A stretch of 64,000 nt of DNA from Thecamonas trahens ATCC 50062 (lineage: Eukaryota > Protista > Apusomonadida). The DNA is taken from the NCBI RefSeq assembly GCF_000142905.1, contig NW_013657677.1:609527-673526 (forward strand). Reading direction: 5' to 3'. The position numbers and the translations under genes are program-made. The notes below the pieces were generated by a model. That model was not told where the DNA came from. It was given only the letters and a program-made list of their open reading frames with translations, and did not search any database. Below are positions 32,209 to 42,626 of the stretch, piece after piece (positions within the stretch are counted from its first letter, which is position 1; each line of letters opens with the position of its first letter).

Positions 32209-34761
32209 ATGAAGCTCCTGAATGCTGTGGTGGTACTTGCCCTTGTTGCGGCCGTAAGCGGTACGTTCTACTTCCTGCTCCTACTACCAAGCGACCTCCT
32301 CAGCCCATGCATGCCGTCACCTTGCGCCCCCCCTCTCCCACCCAGTTTTGGCCTTGACGGGTGATGGCGAAAAAGCGCCGCAACGTGGACTGTGGGCGAG
32401 GGCATTTTTTTTATTTTGCGTCCTTTCACCTCCCCTCCGCTCCCTCCTCCTCCATCGCTCCACGCTTCTTGCATGTGCCCAGCGCATGGCTCGGGCGTGG
32501 TTGAGTTTCATCCTCCTGTCGTCAGTATGGCTGTATGGTCTGTCATACGGCCATCGCTCGTGTGGTTAAAGGCTGCGCTGGCTGCTTGTGCTGGGTTGGC
32601 AGGAGATTCGGTAGCGCCCGCAACTCACACATTGGTCTTTGTTTTGTCTGCAGGTGCTGATGTGCTCAAGGCTACGTGCGAGCTGAAGCCTGCGGGCGAC
32701 AACGATGTGAGCGGGACGATTGAGCTGTCGCAGGCAGGCGTCGGTGGCGTGGTGACCTTTACTGGAACGGTGAACAACTTGCCGGATGGCCTGCACGCGC
32801 TCCACGTGCACACCTACGGCGACGTGACGGTGACGAGCGGCAAGGGTGCCGGTGGCCACTGGAACCCACACAACAAGACGCATGGATGCTACCCGTCGAC
32901 CGACCGGCATGCCGGCGACGTCGGTGACATCTCGGTCTCGGGCGGGACGTACACGTTCCCGGGCAGCTTTGAGCGCGACCTGCTCGAGCTCTCGGGTGTG
33001 AACTCTGTCATCGGGCGGTCGCTGGTCATCCATGCCAACACCGACTCGTGCACCGGCACGGCCGGCGATGCTGGCGCGCGTCTTGCTCAGTGCGTTATCG
33101 GCGTTGTCGACCCGGGCACAGACACCCAGCTTGCGCACTACCGCAACCCGACCGGGACCAACACAACCTGGGCTGTGGCTGTCATCGACGATCTCGGGGC
33201 CGGGCGCAACGTTGCCGGCAAGGTCTGGTTCCAGCACCTGCCATCGGGCAAGGTCCGCGTCTACCCGCGGCTCTCCGGCTCGTTTGGCGAGGCCGAGCAG
33301 CGGGCGCTCCACGTCCACACCTACGGCAAGGCCACGGGAACCGGTGGACACTACAACCCGGCCGGCGTGAATCATGCACTCCCGATGGGTGTGCGCCACA
33401 TGGGCGACATGGGCAACGTGGTCTCGACCAACGGCACGTCACCGGTCTACTCGTCGCAGCGCGACTTTGACCTCCTCGACATGGGCGCCGGCCTGGACAA
33501 CATCATCGGTCGCGCGGCAGTCATGCACGACGGGCGGGACACCGGGGAGCAGCCGACCGGCGCCGCTGGCACCAAGATTGCCGCCGGCCCCATCGGCATC
33601 TCCAACGGCGCGCCGGCCAAGGTAACGGTCGTCATCAAGGGTACGTCAAACGCGCCCGGCGTCTCCGGCCTCGTCACCCTCGAGCAGCTTCACGGCCCGG
33701 GCACTCCGGTGACCATCTCCGGTTCGGTCTCCGGCCTCCCGGCGGGCGACCACGCATTCCACATCCACACGTACGGCAACCCGACGGTGGCGGACGGCAC
33801 CGGCGCCATGGGTCACTACAACCCGGACGGCGTCTCGCACGGCTGCTCGCCGAACGCCCGCCACGCCGGCGACATCGGGACCATCACCGCGGCCTCAGAC
33901 GGCACGTACACTTTCCCGGCCGACTTTACCCGCGACCTCATCGACTTGACCGGCCCGCGGTCTGTTGTCGGCCGCGCCATCGTCATCCACGCTGACCGCG
34001 ACGACTGCAACCCGCCTTCGGGCAACGCCGGCTCGCGGCTCGCCGTGGGCGTCATCGGCCTCTCTGCTGTCTCGTCGCTCGAGATCAACTCGGGCTATGC
34101 CGGCGAAGAGGCGCCGCCGCCGGCCTTCCGCGCGGTTGCCGTCATGCAGTCGATCGAGGAGCCGAAGAACTCGCGCTTTGAGGCGACCATGTACTTTGAG
34201 CAGATCAACGGGGACAAGGACCTCCGCATCTACGGCATCGTCAAGGGTCTTCAGGCCTCGTCGGTCCACGGCATCCACGTCCACCAGAACGGTGACCTTT
34301 CGTCGGCCACCGGTGCCAACCTCGGCGGGCACTACAACCCGTACTCGGTGGCGCACGGCCTCCCGCCCAACGTCCGCCACTACGGCGACCTCGGCAACTT
34401 TGCCATTTACAAGGACGGTACCGGCTACGTTAACATGGTTGTGCCCGGCGTCCAGATGTCCGGTGTCGACTCGATCATCGGCCGCGCCCTCGTCTTCCAC
34501 TCGGGCTCGGACAAGGGCACGGGTGCCTCGGGCGACGCAGGCGTTAAGATCGCGGCTGGCGTCATTGGCATCTGCGACGTCAACTGCTGGCCGAGGACCC
34601 TCGCCCTTCAGCCCGTCGACGAGGGCGAGAAGATCCACCCGGCTACCTGGGTCATCCTTGCTGTCGTCATTGTCATTGCTATTGCCGGCATCGCCGCTGG
34701 TGTCGTCTTCTGGCGCAAGAAGAAGGCCAACGCCCCGGACTCCAAGCTTGACTTTATCTGA
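32209..34761 (+). CDS. Type I membrane protein with four tandem Cu/Zn superoxide dismutase domains; exons 32209-32260 and 32654-34761
   Basis: Signal peptide MKLLNAVVVLALVAAVSG formed via a phase-1 GTACGT..CAG intron. Four repeats of HxH..GH(W/Y)NP..H..RHxGD..GR..VxH, then TM WVILAVVIVIAIAGIAAGVVFW + RKKK. Confidence 0.93.
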
Positions 34762-34828
34762 GTCCCTGGCTCCCCTTTCCTTTGCGAGTGCATCTCGGTA
34801 AAGACCGACCCCACTCCCGCCTCCATAC

Positions 34829-35932
34829 CTACACCACTGCTGGGGAGCCCTGCGATGACGAGCTGCCGGACGATGCCGACGGTGGAGGATCTCTGCCGCG
34901 CGGGACAAGCGTAGGCCGCGGCAGCACGATGCGCCGCGTCCGACGACGGACCCTTCGCGCGACCGGCGGCTGCGGCGACCGTGGTCTCTTGAGAGAGACG
35001 GCTATCGGCGGCGACCCAGTCGTTGCATCGTTGCGCGACGGCGCGTCTTCATCTGACGACGAAGCGAGGATGTCGTCCGACTCGAGGATGAGCGGCGATG
35101 CGCCGGTGGCTTCGGTTACCCACTTCGCATCGCTGACGGCGGCAGTGCTAGCCTCGTACCTCGAGAGTGTTGACGACGACCACTTGAGCGCACGTGTACC
35201 GCGGCCACGGCTCTGGAGTGCGAACTGCGGTCGCGGCGCAAGCCGATGGGCCACAACTTTGAACACTGTGCGGGTGCCGAGACTGGCGGTGAACTCGTCG
35301 CCAAGGCTGAGGCCGAGCGGCTGGCTCGGCACCACCTGCTCGAACATTGCCGATCCGGACCGCCGCAAATAGAGCGTGACTTGCGGCGAGTCGGGAAAGA
35401 TGTACACCGATGCGGCGGGAGGCTGGAGAGCCTGGTGCCGTGGTGGTGCCGCCGTTGTCTTGTGTCGTGAGAGCGTGACGGTTGGCGAGTGGCTTGGGGG
35501 CAGAGGCGGCGAGGCCAAGTGCCGGCCTTGCCGGGCGAATGAGGCGCGGACGGCGGCGTCGGTTCGGGCGACACGAACAAAGGCAGACTCAACTGGCCCG
35601 ACGAGCACTGACTTGGCGTGCGGGATGCGAACGTACGTCATTTCGGTCGGGCGGACCAGTCGCGGAGTGGCAAGGCTCGATGCCGCCGGGTCGACCACGC
35701 CCAGCGACGACGTTGGCGACGGCTCCATCTCGCTAATGGCAGAAGCGACAGGCAAGCCATCCTGGTAGGTAAACGCGTCCTCGACCAAGGCATAGACAGG
35801 CTCGTCAAGCGGGCCTGCCGTGCTCGTCGCCGACCGCGGCGCAAGCATGGGCGAAGAGTGTGTCGGGTCGAGGGGCTGGTGGCTTGGCCAACGGAAAAAC
35901 GAGCGTTCCGGATTCCGACCCGTCAAATCCAT
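34829..35932 (-). CDS. Hypothetical protein (start at 35932 or 35848)
   Basis: Long ORF filling the space between lpxK and the SOD gene; no recognised motif. Confidence 0.55.
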   Translation of the reverse strand: MDLTGRNPERSFFRWPSHQPLDPTHSSPMLAPRSATSTAGPLDEPVYALVEDAFTYQDGLPVASAISEMEPSPTSSLGVVDPAASSLATPRLVRPTEMTYVRIPHAKSVLVGPVESAFVRVARTDAAVRASFARQGRHLASPPLPPSHSPTVTLSRHKTTAAPPRHQALQPPAASVYIFPDSPQVTLYLRRSGSAMFEQVVPSQPLGLSLGDEFTASLGTRTVFKVVAHRLAPRPQFALQSRGRGTRALKWSSSTLSRYEASTAAVSDAKWVTEATGASPLILESDDILASSSDEDAPSRNDATTGSPPIAVSLKRPRSPQPPVARRVRRRTRRIVLPRPTLVPRGRDPPPSASSGSSSSQGSPAVV

Positions 35933-37041
35933 CAACTGCTTCGGCCGTCAGGCAAGAGGCCAGTCACACTATCGACTATCGCCGCACCTTGCGCCTGCGC
36001 TGCGGCGCTCCAGTCTGTGGCTGAAGACGAGATTTGGAGGACGGCAGACGCGGTGACTAGCGGGAGGCCGACAGACTCCGCCGCGGCTGTAAGTACTCCT
36101 CCTGATCGCGCCCAGTCTTTTGCCGAGAGCAGCAGAGCCGAATGCCCGGCGTGGGCGGCGTCTGTAACAAGCGCGTTTGCTTCGGCAGCGGTCCACGCGT
36201 GATGGTCGTCGTAAATGGCGTGGACGAGGTGCGATGTCGTGGGCAGCGACGCAGCAATCGTCGCTTCAAATGCCTGTGGCGAGCCAAGGCCCGAGAGTAG
36301 CAGTGGCGAGGTGAGAAGTGGCGACGATGGTGCCTTGACAGCCTCGGTGTGATGGCGGAAGACGGGATCGGACATGCGCGAGAAGACGCGCTTGTCTGGA
36401 GCGACGCTATATGCTTCCAGGTTGGAGATGGCGGCCGGGAGGCGTTGCTCGCTCGCGGCGATCTGGGCGTGGTGGATGATGACCAGGTCGAGCGAGGCGA
36501 GCCAGCGCGCAGCTCGCTCGCGATGGGTACCGAGCGGTGCAAGCGAACGGGCTGCGCAGCGAGGATGGGGCATGCCATGCGGCGAGAGCGGGTTGACCAT
36601 GCCAATGGCGACGTGTGGGACGAGCGGCCAGTGCTGACAGGCGTCGTCAAAGACAAGCGTCGACACGGCGCTTGGCACCACCGCAGCAGCGTAGGCAGCC
36701 TTGCGGGCACCTGGCGGGACAGCGACGACGGTGGCGTGCTGCGTCTGGCACTCGGTGGCGAGCATAGCGGCCTCGTCGCGAGCGGCGGAGACGATGGCGA
36801 GCGGAGTCGCGGCTGACGCGTATCGCAATGCGAGCCAGGCAGCCATCGGCGTCTTGCCGGTCCCTCCCCACTCGACATTGCCGACAGCAATGACCTTGCG
36901 CCCGTCAAAGGTGTATCTGTGTCTCAGCCCACTGCTGTAGCTCCAGCGATCAATGTCAACAGCAACCGCGTAGAGCTTAGCCGCCAGCGCTGCGAGCCGA
37001 GGCCGTGATCTCAGCGCCGAGAGCACCGAGAGCCGCGACAT
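35932..37041 (-). CDS. lpxK: Tetraacyldisaccharide 4'-kinase (lipid A 4'-kinase) with mitochondrial-like presequence
   Basis: VIAVGNVEWGGTGKTP P-loop, DEAAML, VFDDACQH, PLGTHRE, SGLGSPQAF, DDHH and AKD motifs. Arg/Leu/Ser-rich, acid-free N-terminus MSRLSVLSALRSRPRL. Confidence 0.88.
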   Translation of the reverse strand: MSRLSVLSALRSRPRLAALAAKLYAVAVDIDRWSYSSGLRHRYTFDGRKVIAVGNVEWGGTGKTPMAAWLALRYASAATPLAIVSAARDEAAMLATECQTQHATVVAVPPGARKAAYAAAVVPSAVSTLVFDDACQHWPLVPHVAIGMVNPLSPHGMPHPRCAARSLAPLGTHRERAARWLASLDLVIIHHAQIAASEQRLPAAISNLEAYSVAPDKRVFSRMSDPVFRHHTEAVKAPSSPLLTSPLLLSGLGSPQAFEATIAASLPTTSHLVHAIYDDHHAWTAAEANALVTDAAHAGHSALLLSAKDWARSGGVLTAAAESVGLPLVTASAVLQISSSATDWSAAAQAQGAAIVDSVTGLLPDGRSS

Positions 37042-37214
37042 GGTGCCGAGTTCAGATGGCGAAGGAGGGGATCGCAGTAATGGGCAGCAAAACGACACGC
37101 AGCGAGCCCACGCCCTGTGGCTGCGGGCGGCAAAGTCGAAGACGAGAGTGGCGTCGTCGGCCGGCTGCGAGCGAACGTGGCGATCTCACGTGGATTGGAC
37201 CCTGGCTAGTGGGC

Positions 37215-37597
37215 ATGGCTGGCATTGTTGCGAGCGCGACGGGCAAGGCTGTCTTGGGCTATCTCGGACTGGGTCATTGTGCGGGCTTGGGCATTGTGGT
37301 CCCGCGAGTTGTGGTCCATTCTGTACTGTAAGGGGCTAACATCGATGGATCTGACATGGCGGGACGGAAGTCGCGCGTGTATACCAAAGCGGTGGAGAAC
37401 TTTCCGCTTGTTTGTGGGACCATGCTCTTTGCACTGGCGACGGGAGTGCATGCAGAGGTGACCGATGGTCTGGCGCTGACGTGGGTGGCAGCGCGGCTGG
37501 GGCAGATGGCGGTCCACAGTGTGTCGACGTCGAGCGCAGCCGTGCTCATCCGGTGCCACTTTTTTTTGCGGCCCAGCTGAGCATTGTTGGATGGTAG
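37215..37597 (+). CDS. MAPEG-family small membrane protein, interrupted by an in-frame TAA (37329-37331) and a poly-T frameshift (~37560)
   Basis: RVYTKAVENFPLV..LA..TWVAARLGQMAVH..IR..FFAAQL pattern, about 4 TMs, ~125 aa. Confidence 0.6.
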
Positions 37598-37647
37598 CTC
37601 TGGCAGCATGCGCAGATGGCAGGCGTGGTGTGAGCGGAAGCTTCCGT

Positions 37648-39084
37648 CTACAGATTGGACCTATCGACCGAGTCGGCAAAATACTCGTTGTACAGCTGCT
37701 CCGGCAGCGGGAGGCAGCGGGTGCGAAGAAAGTTGATGCCAGCGGTGATGGTGGCGATTTTGTGGACGGGGAGCGTCGGCTGGCGCGAGGTGTACGCCCA
37801 GCGAGTAAATAGGACGAGGAGCGCAGCAGCAGCGTAGAGGCCAAGGACAAGGTAGAGGAACGAGGTACCGGAGGGGAGGATGTACGGGAGGACAGAGTCA
37901 AGGAGGTCGATGCCATCGCGAGCGGTGTGATAGAGCGACGGCGAGAGCGGAATCGCAGCTAGGGCGAGGCGGAAGAGGCGGAGCGAGTGTGCGACAAAGA
38001 GCGAGGCGAGAGCGGAGAGGAGAAAGGCGAAGAAGCGAAGGAACCCGCTCCGAATCCATGCGTTCCAGTTGGCGGTGATGGCGGCGTGGTCACGGTCGCG
38101 GATGGCGAGGAGGCGGTCGTAGAGGGTGCGCGAGTCTGTCTTGAGCTGGCGGATGGTGTTCTGGACAGTGGCCGAGATGCGGTCGTCGATCTCGTCAGTA
38201 AGCTCCCAGATAGAGTTAGCGTGAAGTGGCGCGTCGCGAGTCTCACCGTCGACCGGGATGTGGATGGACGGGAGGCGGAGGGCGGTCTTTGCCGAGATGT
38301 GCGACATGAGGTTCTGGGTGATCTGGATGAGAACTCGCGAGCGGTCGGCCTCGGTAGCGACGGTGTCCATCTTGGATGCGACGTAGCGGATCTTGTCGGC
38401 GTGGCGGGCGTCGAGCGCCTTAATCAGCGACATGGTGCGGCTGCAGAGAGCCTGGCCGAGCGGGTCAAAGAAGATAAAGACCATGTCGACGCGTGCTGCC
38501 AGCCACTCAAGGACTCGCGAGACGTCAAACGGATAGGCCATGTTGCCGTCGACAAGGCCTGGAGTGTCGATGAGGGTGAGGAGCGGAAAGGCGTTGGCGT
38601 CCGACGGGACCACATGGGTCTCGACGTGCGGGAGGAGGCCATCAAACTGATCCAAGCCACGGAAGCGCTGGAACAGCTTGAGCGTCGCCGGCCCGTGCAT
38701 GACATCGCGCCTGTGGCCGGCGGTGACAAAGTTGACGCCCTGCGTCTCGATGGCCACCGAGGTCTTGAGCACCTCTTGCCCCACGTACCAGTTGATGAAC
38801 GAAGACTTGCCCGACGAGTGGTTGCCCATCAGGGCGACAGTAACCTTGCGCGACGGCGGAAGGAGCCGTGATCCGGCCTCACGTGCGATGCTCAACAGTC
38901 CTGGATGCGGAGAGGCATGAGTGTGGCGCGGGTGGGAGAGGGGGAGAGGAGGGGGAGGGGGGAGGGGGGGTAGGGGGGGGAGGCAGGGCGTACCATTGTC
39001 GCTGGTGTAGAGTTCGTGAATGCGGTTGAGGATAGACTCGGCGACAGGCATCCCCTCGGGGGAGCTGCCCGACGAAGTGGACAT
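37648..39084 (-). CDS. EHD/sarcalumenin-like dynamin-superfamily NTPase with C-terminal TM helices; 93-nt intron 38993-38901
   Basis: G1 GNHSSGKSSFIN, G2 ETQ, G3 IDTPGL, FFDP, G4 SKMD; hydrophobic C-terminal segments; no EH domain. Confidence 0.82.
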   Translation of the reverse strand: MSTSSGSSPEGMPVAESILNRIHELYTSDNGTPCLPPLPPLPPPPPLPLSHPRHTHASPHPGLLSIAREAGSRLLPPSRKVTVALMGNHSSGKSSFINWYVGQEVLKTSVAIETQGVNFVTAGHRRDVMHGPATLKLFQRFRGLDQFDGLLPHVETHVVPSDANAFPLLTLIDTPGLVDGNMAYPFDVSRVLEWLAARVDMVFIFFDPLGQALCSRTMSLIKALDARHADKIRYVASKMDTVATEADRSRVLIQITQNLMSHISAKTALRLPSIHIPVDGETRDAPLHANSIWELTDEIDDRISATVQNTIRQLKTDSRTLYDRLLAIRDRDHAAITANWNAWIRSGFLRFFAFLLSALASLFVAHSLRLFRLALAAIPLSPSLYHTARDGIDLLDSVLPYILPSGTSFLYLVLGLYAAAALLVLFTRWAYTSRQPTLPVHKIATITAGINFLRTRCLPLPEQLYNEYFADSVDRSNL

Positions 39085-40572
39085 GGGGAGGAGGTGTGTA
39101 TGTTGAGTGAGGTGAGGTGAGGTGAGGTGAGGGGGGGGGGAGGGGGGGGTTCTCTGGTGGTGACGGACNNNNNNNNNNNNNNNNNNNNNNNNNNNNNNNN
39201 NNNNNNNNNNNNNNNNNNNNNNNNNNNNNNNNNNNNNNNNNNNNNNNNNNNNNNNNNNNNNNNNNNNNACATCGCCGACAGCCGTGTTCGCGGGCGCTGG
39301 GGGCGCGGCGCGGGCGTCCTTGGTGATGTCGGACGAATCCAACATGACGGTCAGAGATGCTTGCAGCAATATTAGTCCCGGGGCCTTTAACTATACAAAG
39401 ATCTAATGAGGGGTATTTGGATTTTTTTGTTCGGCGGCAACCCCCGGCTCCTCCGTCCTTCCGGGGTTACAGTACCGCAGACGACGGAGCCAAAAGCGCC
39501 CACAAGGGGGGGGGGGGGGGGGGGGGGGAGTGATGGCTGTGATGACTGTGATGGCGATGTGGTGGTGGTCGAGGTCATCGAGCTCGGAGCCCTGGTCTTG
39601 TCCTGGTTCCATCGATGCGCTCATGTTTGGTTTATCGTTGGGAAGGTGAACGACGCGTCTGACGGCCATTCTTTGCTGCTGAAACGCAATGGCTGTTCGC
39701 CCATGTCCACCAATGGTCATTGCTACTGATTCCGCGTCACGTCAGAAAGGTCTGACAATGGTAATTGGCATCATTCCATTCACAGTCACACGCATCCACG
39801 TCTACACGCCCGCCATCGCCATCTTCACCGATTAGCACCAACAGCAATCGAGCTCCATCACTCCGCAGCCAGAGCCTTTGCCCAGCCTTTCGTCTGCAGG
39901 TATCCGGGGGGGCGGGGTGAAGCCAACTGTCGGGCGTTGCGAGCGCATCGTTGTTTTTTTCTGCGGCGACTCTCGTCGTGCAGAGTGCGGCGGAAAACGG
40001 TGTTTGTCGGTCAATCGCAGACGCATTCCCCTCTCTCCTTTCCCGTGTAAGTCGCCGCCGGCCCTCACGTGCGGACAAAGGGCAGGCAGGGCGACCTGCT
40101 CCCAGCTTGCCTACCTTTTCACAGTGGGGAGAGCGTGGCGCATTGATCCCCACCATACCACAACTATGTCCCACATACCCATAGTCGTAATAGCAAGGCC
40201 TGCTTCTGTCGTACCATGGCTGCCAGGGGCCTTCCTGCCCCCCCCCCCCCCCCCCTTCGTCGCGACAGCCAAAAGGCCATTGGGCGTTTTTTTGGGGGTC
40301 TTCCTCCCCCCAACCACCAATGTGGTGGTGGAGCTGTGTGGGGGGAAAGGAGGTGCACAAGGCGAATGACTCACATGAACAGTGGACGTTAATGTGACGG
40401 TCATGGTTTGCGCGTGTGGGGGGCGGCATGTGGTGGTGTGCGGGGCGACGGGGCTGGAAATGGAATGTTGGCGGGGCGCGTGCTTGGGCGGTGGGTGGCG
40501 GGCTGCGGTTTGATCGATGGCGTTCCTGGCGGGTTGGGTTGGCACGTGGCGGGATGGGCGACAGACATCACC

Positions 40573-42378
40573 ATGACGCGTGTTGTTGTGGCTATTGGAG
40601 TGCTTGTACTTGGCATGATTGCGTGCTGCTCTGGACAGTATATTCTTGCTGGACCGAATGAGGGCGCGGTACAGACGCCGGCTGTCCCTGCTGCGCCTTC
40701 GGGCGGACCGGCCTCGTTTGTGGACTGGCTGTACCGGACGACGTGGCTTGATACCGACACGTCGGCGATGCCGTCTGTGAGTGTCCCTGGGCTTGCGGGC
40801 GTGGGTGGCTCTGTCTCTCTGTACTCGCCGAGCTCGGCGTCGTGCACAGGCGGCTGTGACATCCTGCTCCGGTCAGACGTGTCTGTGGTCGAGCTGACCG
40901 AGGTCCAGCTCGGGCGTCCGGGCGTGGCTAACGACCAGCCGACGACGTTTTGGATTTCCAACACGGATATGCGGTCGACAGCACAGTTGAAGGCGGTTGG
41001 CTCTGCCAACGTGGGCCTTGTGTTCAATTCTGACCGCAACGTGCGGTTCCTTGCGGGCATGAGCGTGCAGATGGACTCGAACAGTGATCGGTTCTCGGTG
41101 GTGGCTTCTGGCGGTCTCGGCTCAGGGGCGCTCTCTGCCAACGCGGTGGTGCTTGTCAACCAGGGCACGCTGGACCTTGCAGCGACTAACGCGGAGATCA
41201 ACTTTCCGCTTGTGCTCGCGCTTGGGTCGGGCACTGCGGTCAACGTGGTGATGAACCCCGGCGGCCGGTTCACTTTTGGCGGGCTTGATGGACGGGCCGG
41301 AACGGTGACGACGGTGACGATCGACACGGAGCAGACGTTTGACCTTGGCTCGTACACCTGCCTTGACGGTGCGGTGCATGTGCTCAACGTCAAGGGCGAC
41401 ACGGCGCCGCTTGTGGCGCCGAAGATCAACTTTGGCTGCACCCTTCGGCAGGCGTCCGAGGCTGGTAACGTGCAGCTTGCAGTCGACGGCTCGGGCCTGG
41501 GTGGCCTGCTCTTTGGCGAGCTCTCGCTCGAGTGCGCGTCCGGGACCTGCATCACTGCGCTCATCCACGAGCTGCAGACGCAGAAGGGCTCGGTGATCAA
41601 GTTTGGCAACACCAACGACAACCAGCTGGTCATGCCGCCGGTCGACGCGCTCGGCTCGCCGATGAAGCTCAACTCGGACGTGGTGTGGCCGGTAGGCGTG
41701 GTCGGTACCATTGCCGGCGGCCCGCTCGGGCTCACTGACCGCGGCCGGGTGGTTGTCAACGCGCCGACAACGGCTGTCATCAACTCGAACGTGGTCCTCA
41801 CCGCGGGTCAGATCCTTATTGTGTACACCAACAAGACGCAGTTTGACACGCCGTGGCTCTCGTTTGGCCCGGCATCGACCATCCAGCTTGCCGCGCCAGT
41901 TGTTCTCGACATTACCGCCATCCAGGACGAGGTTCAGTACGGTGACAAGCTTGTGCTCTTCACCCACGCCCAGGGTGCGCTCGTTGGCGGCTCGATCGCC
42001 TCGGTCGTCATCAAGGGCTGGGACCTCGGCCGCGAGGGCGACGAGTCGTCGATGCAGTACAAGGAGACCTCGGTCGAGTTTACCTTTGTCGAGGTCGACT
42101 ACGGACCCTCGTGCAACGGCTCCGAGTGCCAGCCGCCGGTCGACAACCCGCTCAACGACACCACCGACGCCGTTGTCGCGCCCGTCATTGTCCAGAAGTC
42201 GTCCGGCATGTCCGCTGGCGTCATCGCCGGCATCATCATCGCCGTCATCCTTTTCATCCTCATCATTGCTGGCATTATCGCTGCCTTTGTTCTTCTCCGC
42301 AAGCGCAACCGCCTCCGCGACAACGTCGGCAAGGACGGCGAAGAGATGCCTGACATGGGCGAGGACGACCGCTTCTAA
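40573..42378 (+). CDS. Single-pass type I cell-surface protein with beta-rich ectodomain
   Basis: Signal peptide MTRVVVAIGVLVLGMIACCSG, Gly/Val/Thr-rich ectodomain, TM AGVIAGIIIAVILFILIIAGIIAAFVLL + RKRNR. Confidence 0.8.
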   Translation: MTRVVVAIGVLVLGMIACCSGQYILAGPNEGAVQTPAVPAAPSGGPASFVDWLYRTTWLDTDTSAMPSVSVPGLAGVGGSVSLYSPSSASCTGGCDILLRSDVSVVELTEVQLGRPGVANDQPTTFWISNTDMRSTAQLKAVGSANVGLVFNSDRNVRFLAGMSVQMDSNSDRFSVVASGGLGSGALSANAVVLVNQGTLDLAATNAEINFPLVLALGSGTAVNVVMNPGGRFTFGGLDGRAGTVTTVTIDTEQTFDLGSYTCLDGAVHVLNVKGDTAPLVAPKINFGCTLRQASEAGNVQLAVDGSGLGGLLFGELSLECASGTCITALIHELQTQKGSVIKFGNTNDNQLVMPPVDALGSPMKLNSDVVWPVGVVGTIAGGPLGLTDRGRVVVNAPTTAVINSNVVLTAGQILIVYTNKTQFDTPWLSFGPASTIQLAAPVVLDITAIQDEVQYGDKLVLFTHAQGALVGGSIASVVIKGWDLGREGDESSMQYKETSVEFTFVEVDYGPSCNGSECQPPVDNPLNDTTDAVVAPVIVQKSSGMSAGVIAGIIIAVILFILIIAGIIAAFVLLRKRNRLRDNVGKDGEEMPDMGEDDRF

Positions 42379-42626
42379 CGCCCCACTCACCCTCCTTTGT
42401 CACTCCTGCTTGCAGTCGTGGCTCCGGCGCCGGAACCGGTGGCTCTCGGCACGCTGACTTTGTTTTCCCCTGCTCACCTCCGACCCTAAACCCTCGATGT
42501 CGGGAACTGTCTGCTTCCCACTCGCATTGGCGGTCTGCCTGTCGACGGCCGACCGGCCGCCAACCCGAAAGAACGGCGGCCACTCAACGACGCCCCTCCC
42601 CCCCTCCCCCCGCTTTGAGCGCTGAC

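Noticed and set aside
39269-40570. ORFs in the region between the EHD-like gene and the surface protein, and ORFs read through N-gaps
   Set aside because: Low-complexity poly-G/C sequence or artificial read-through of Ns; no coding signal recognised.
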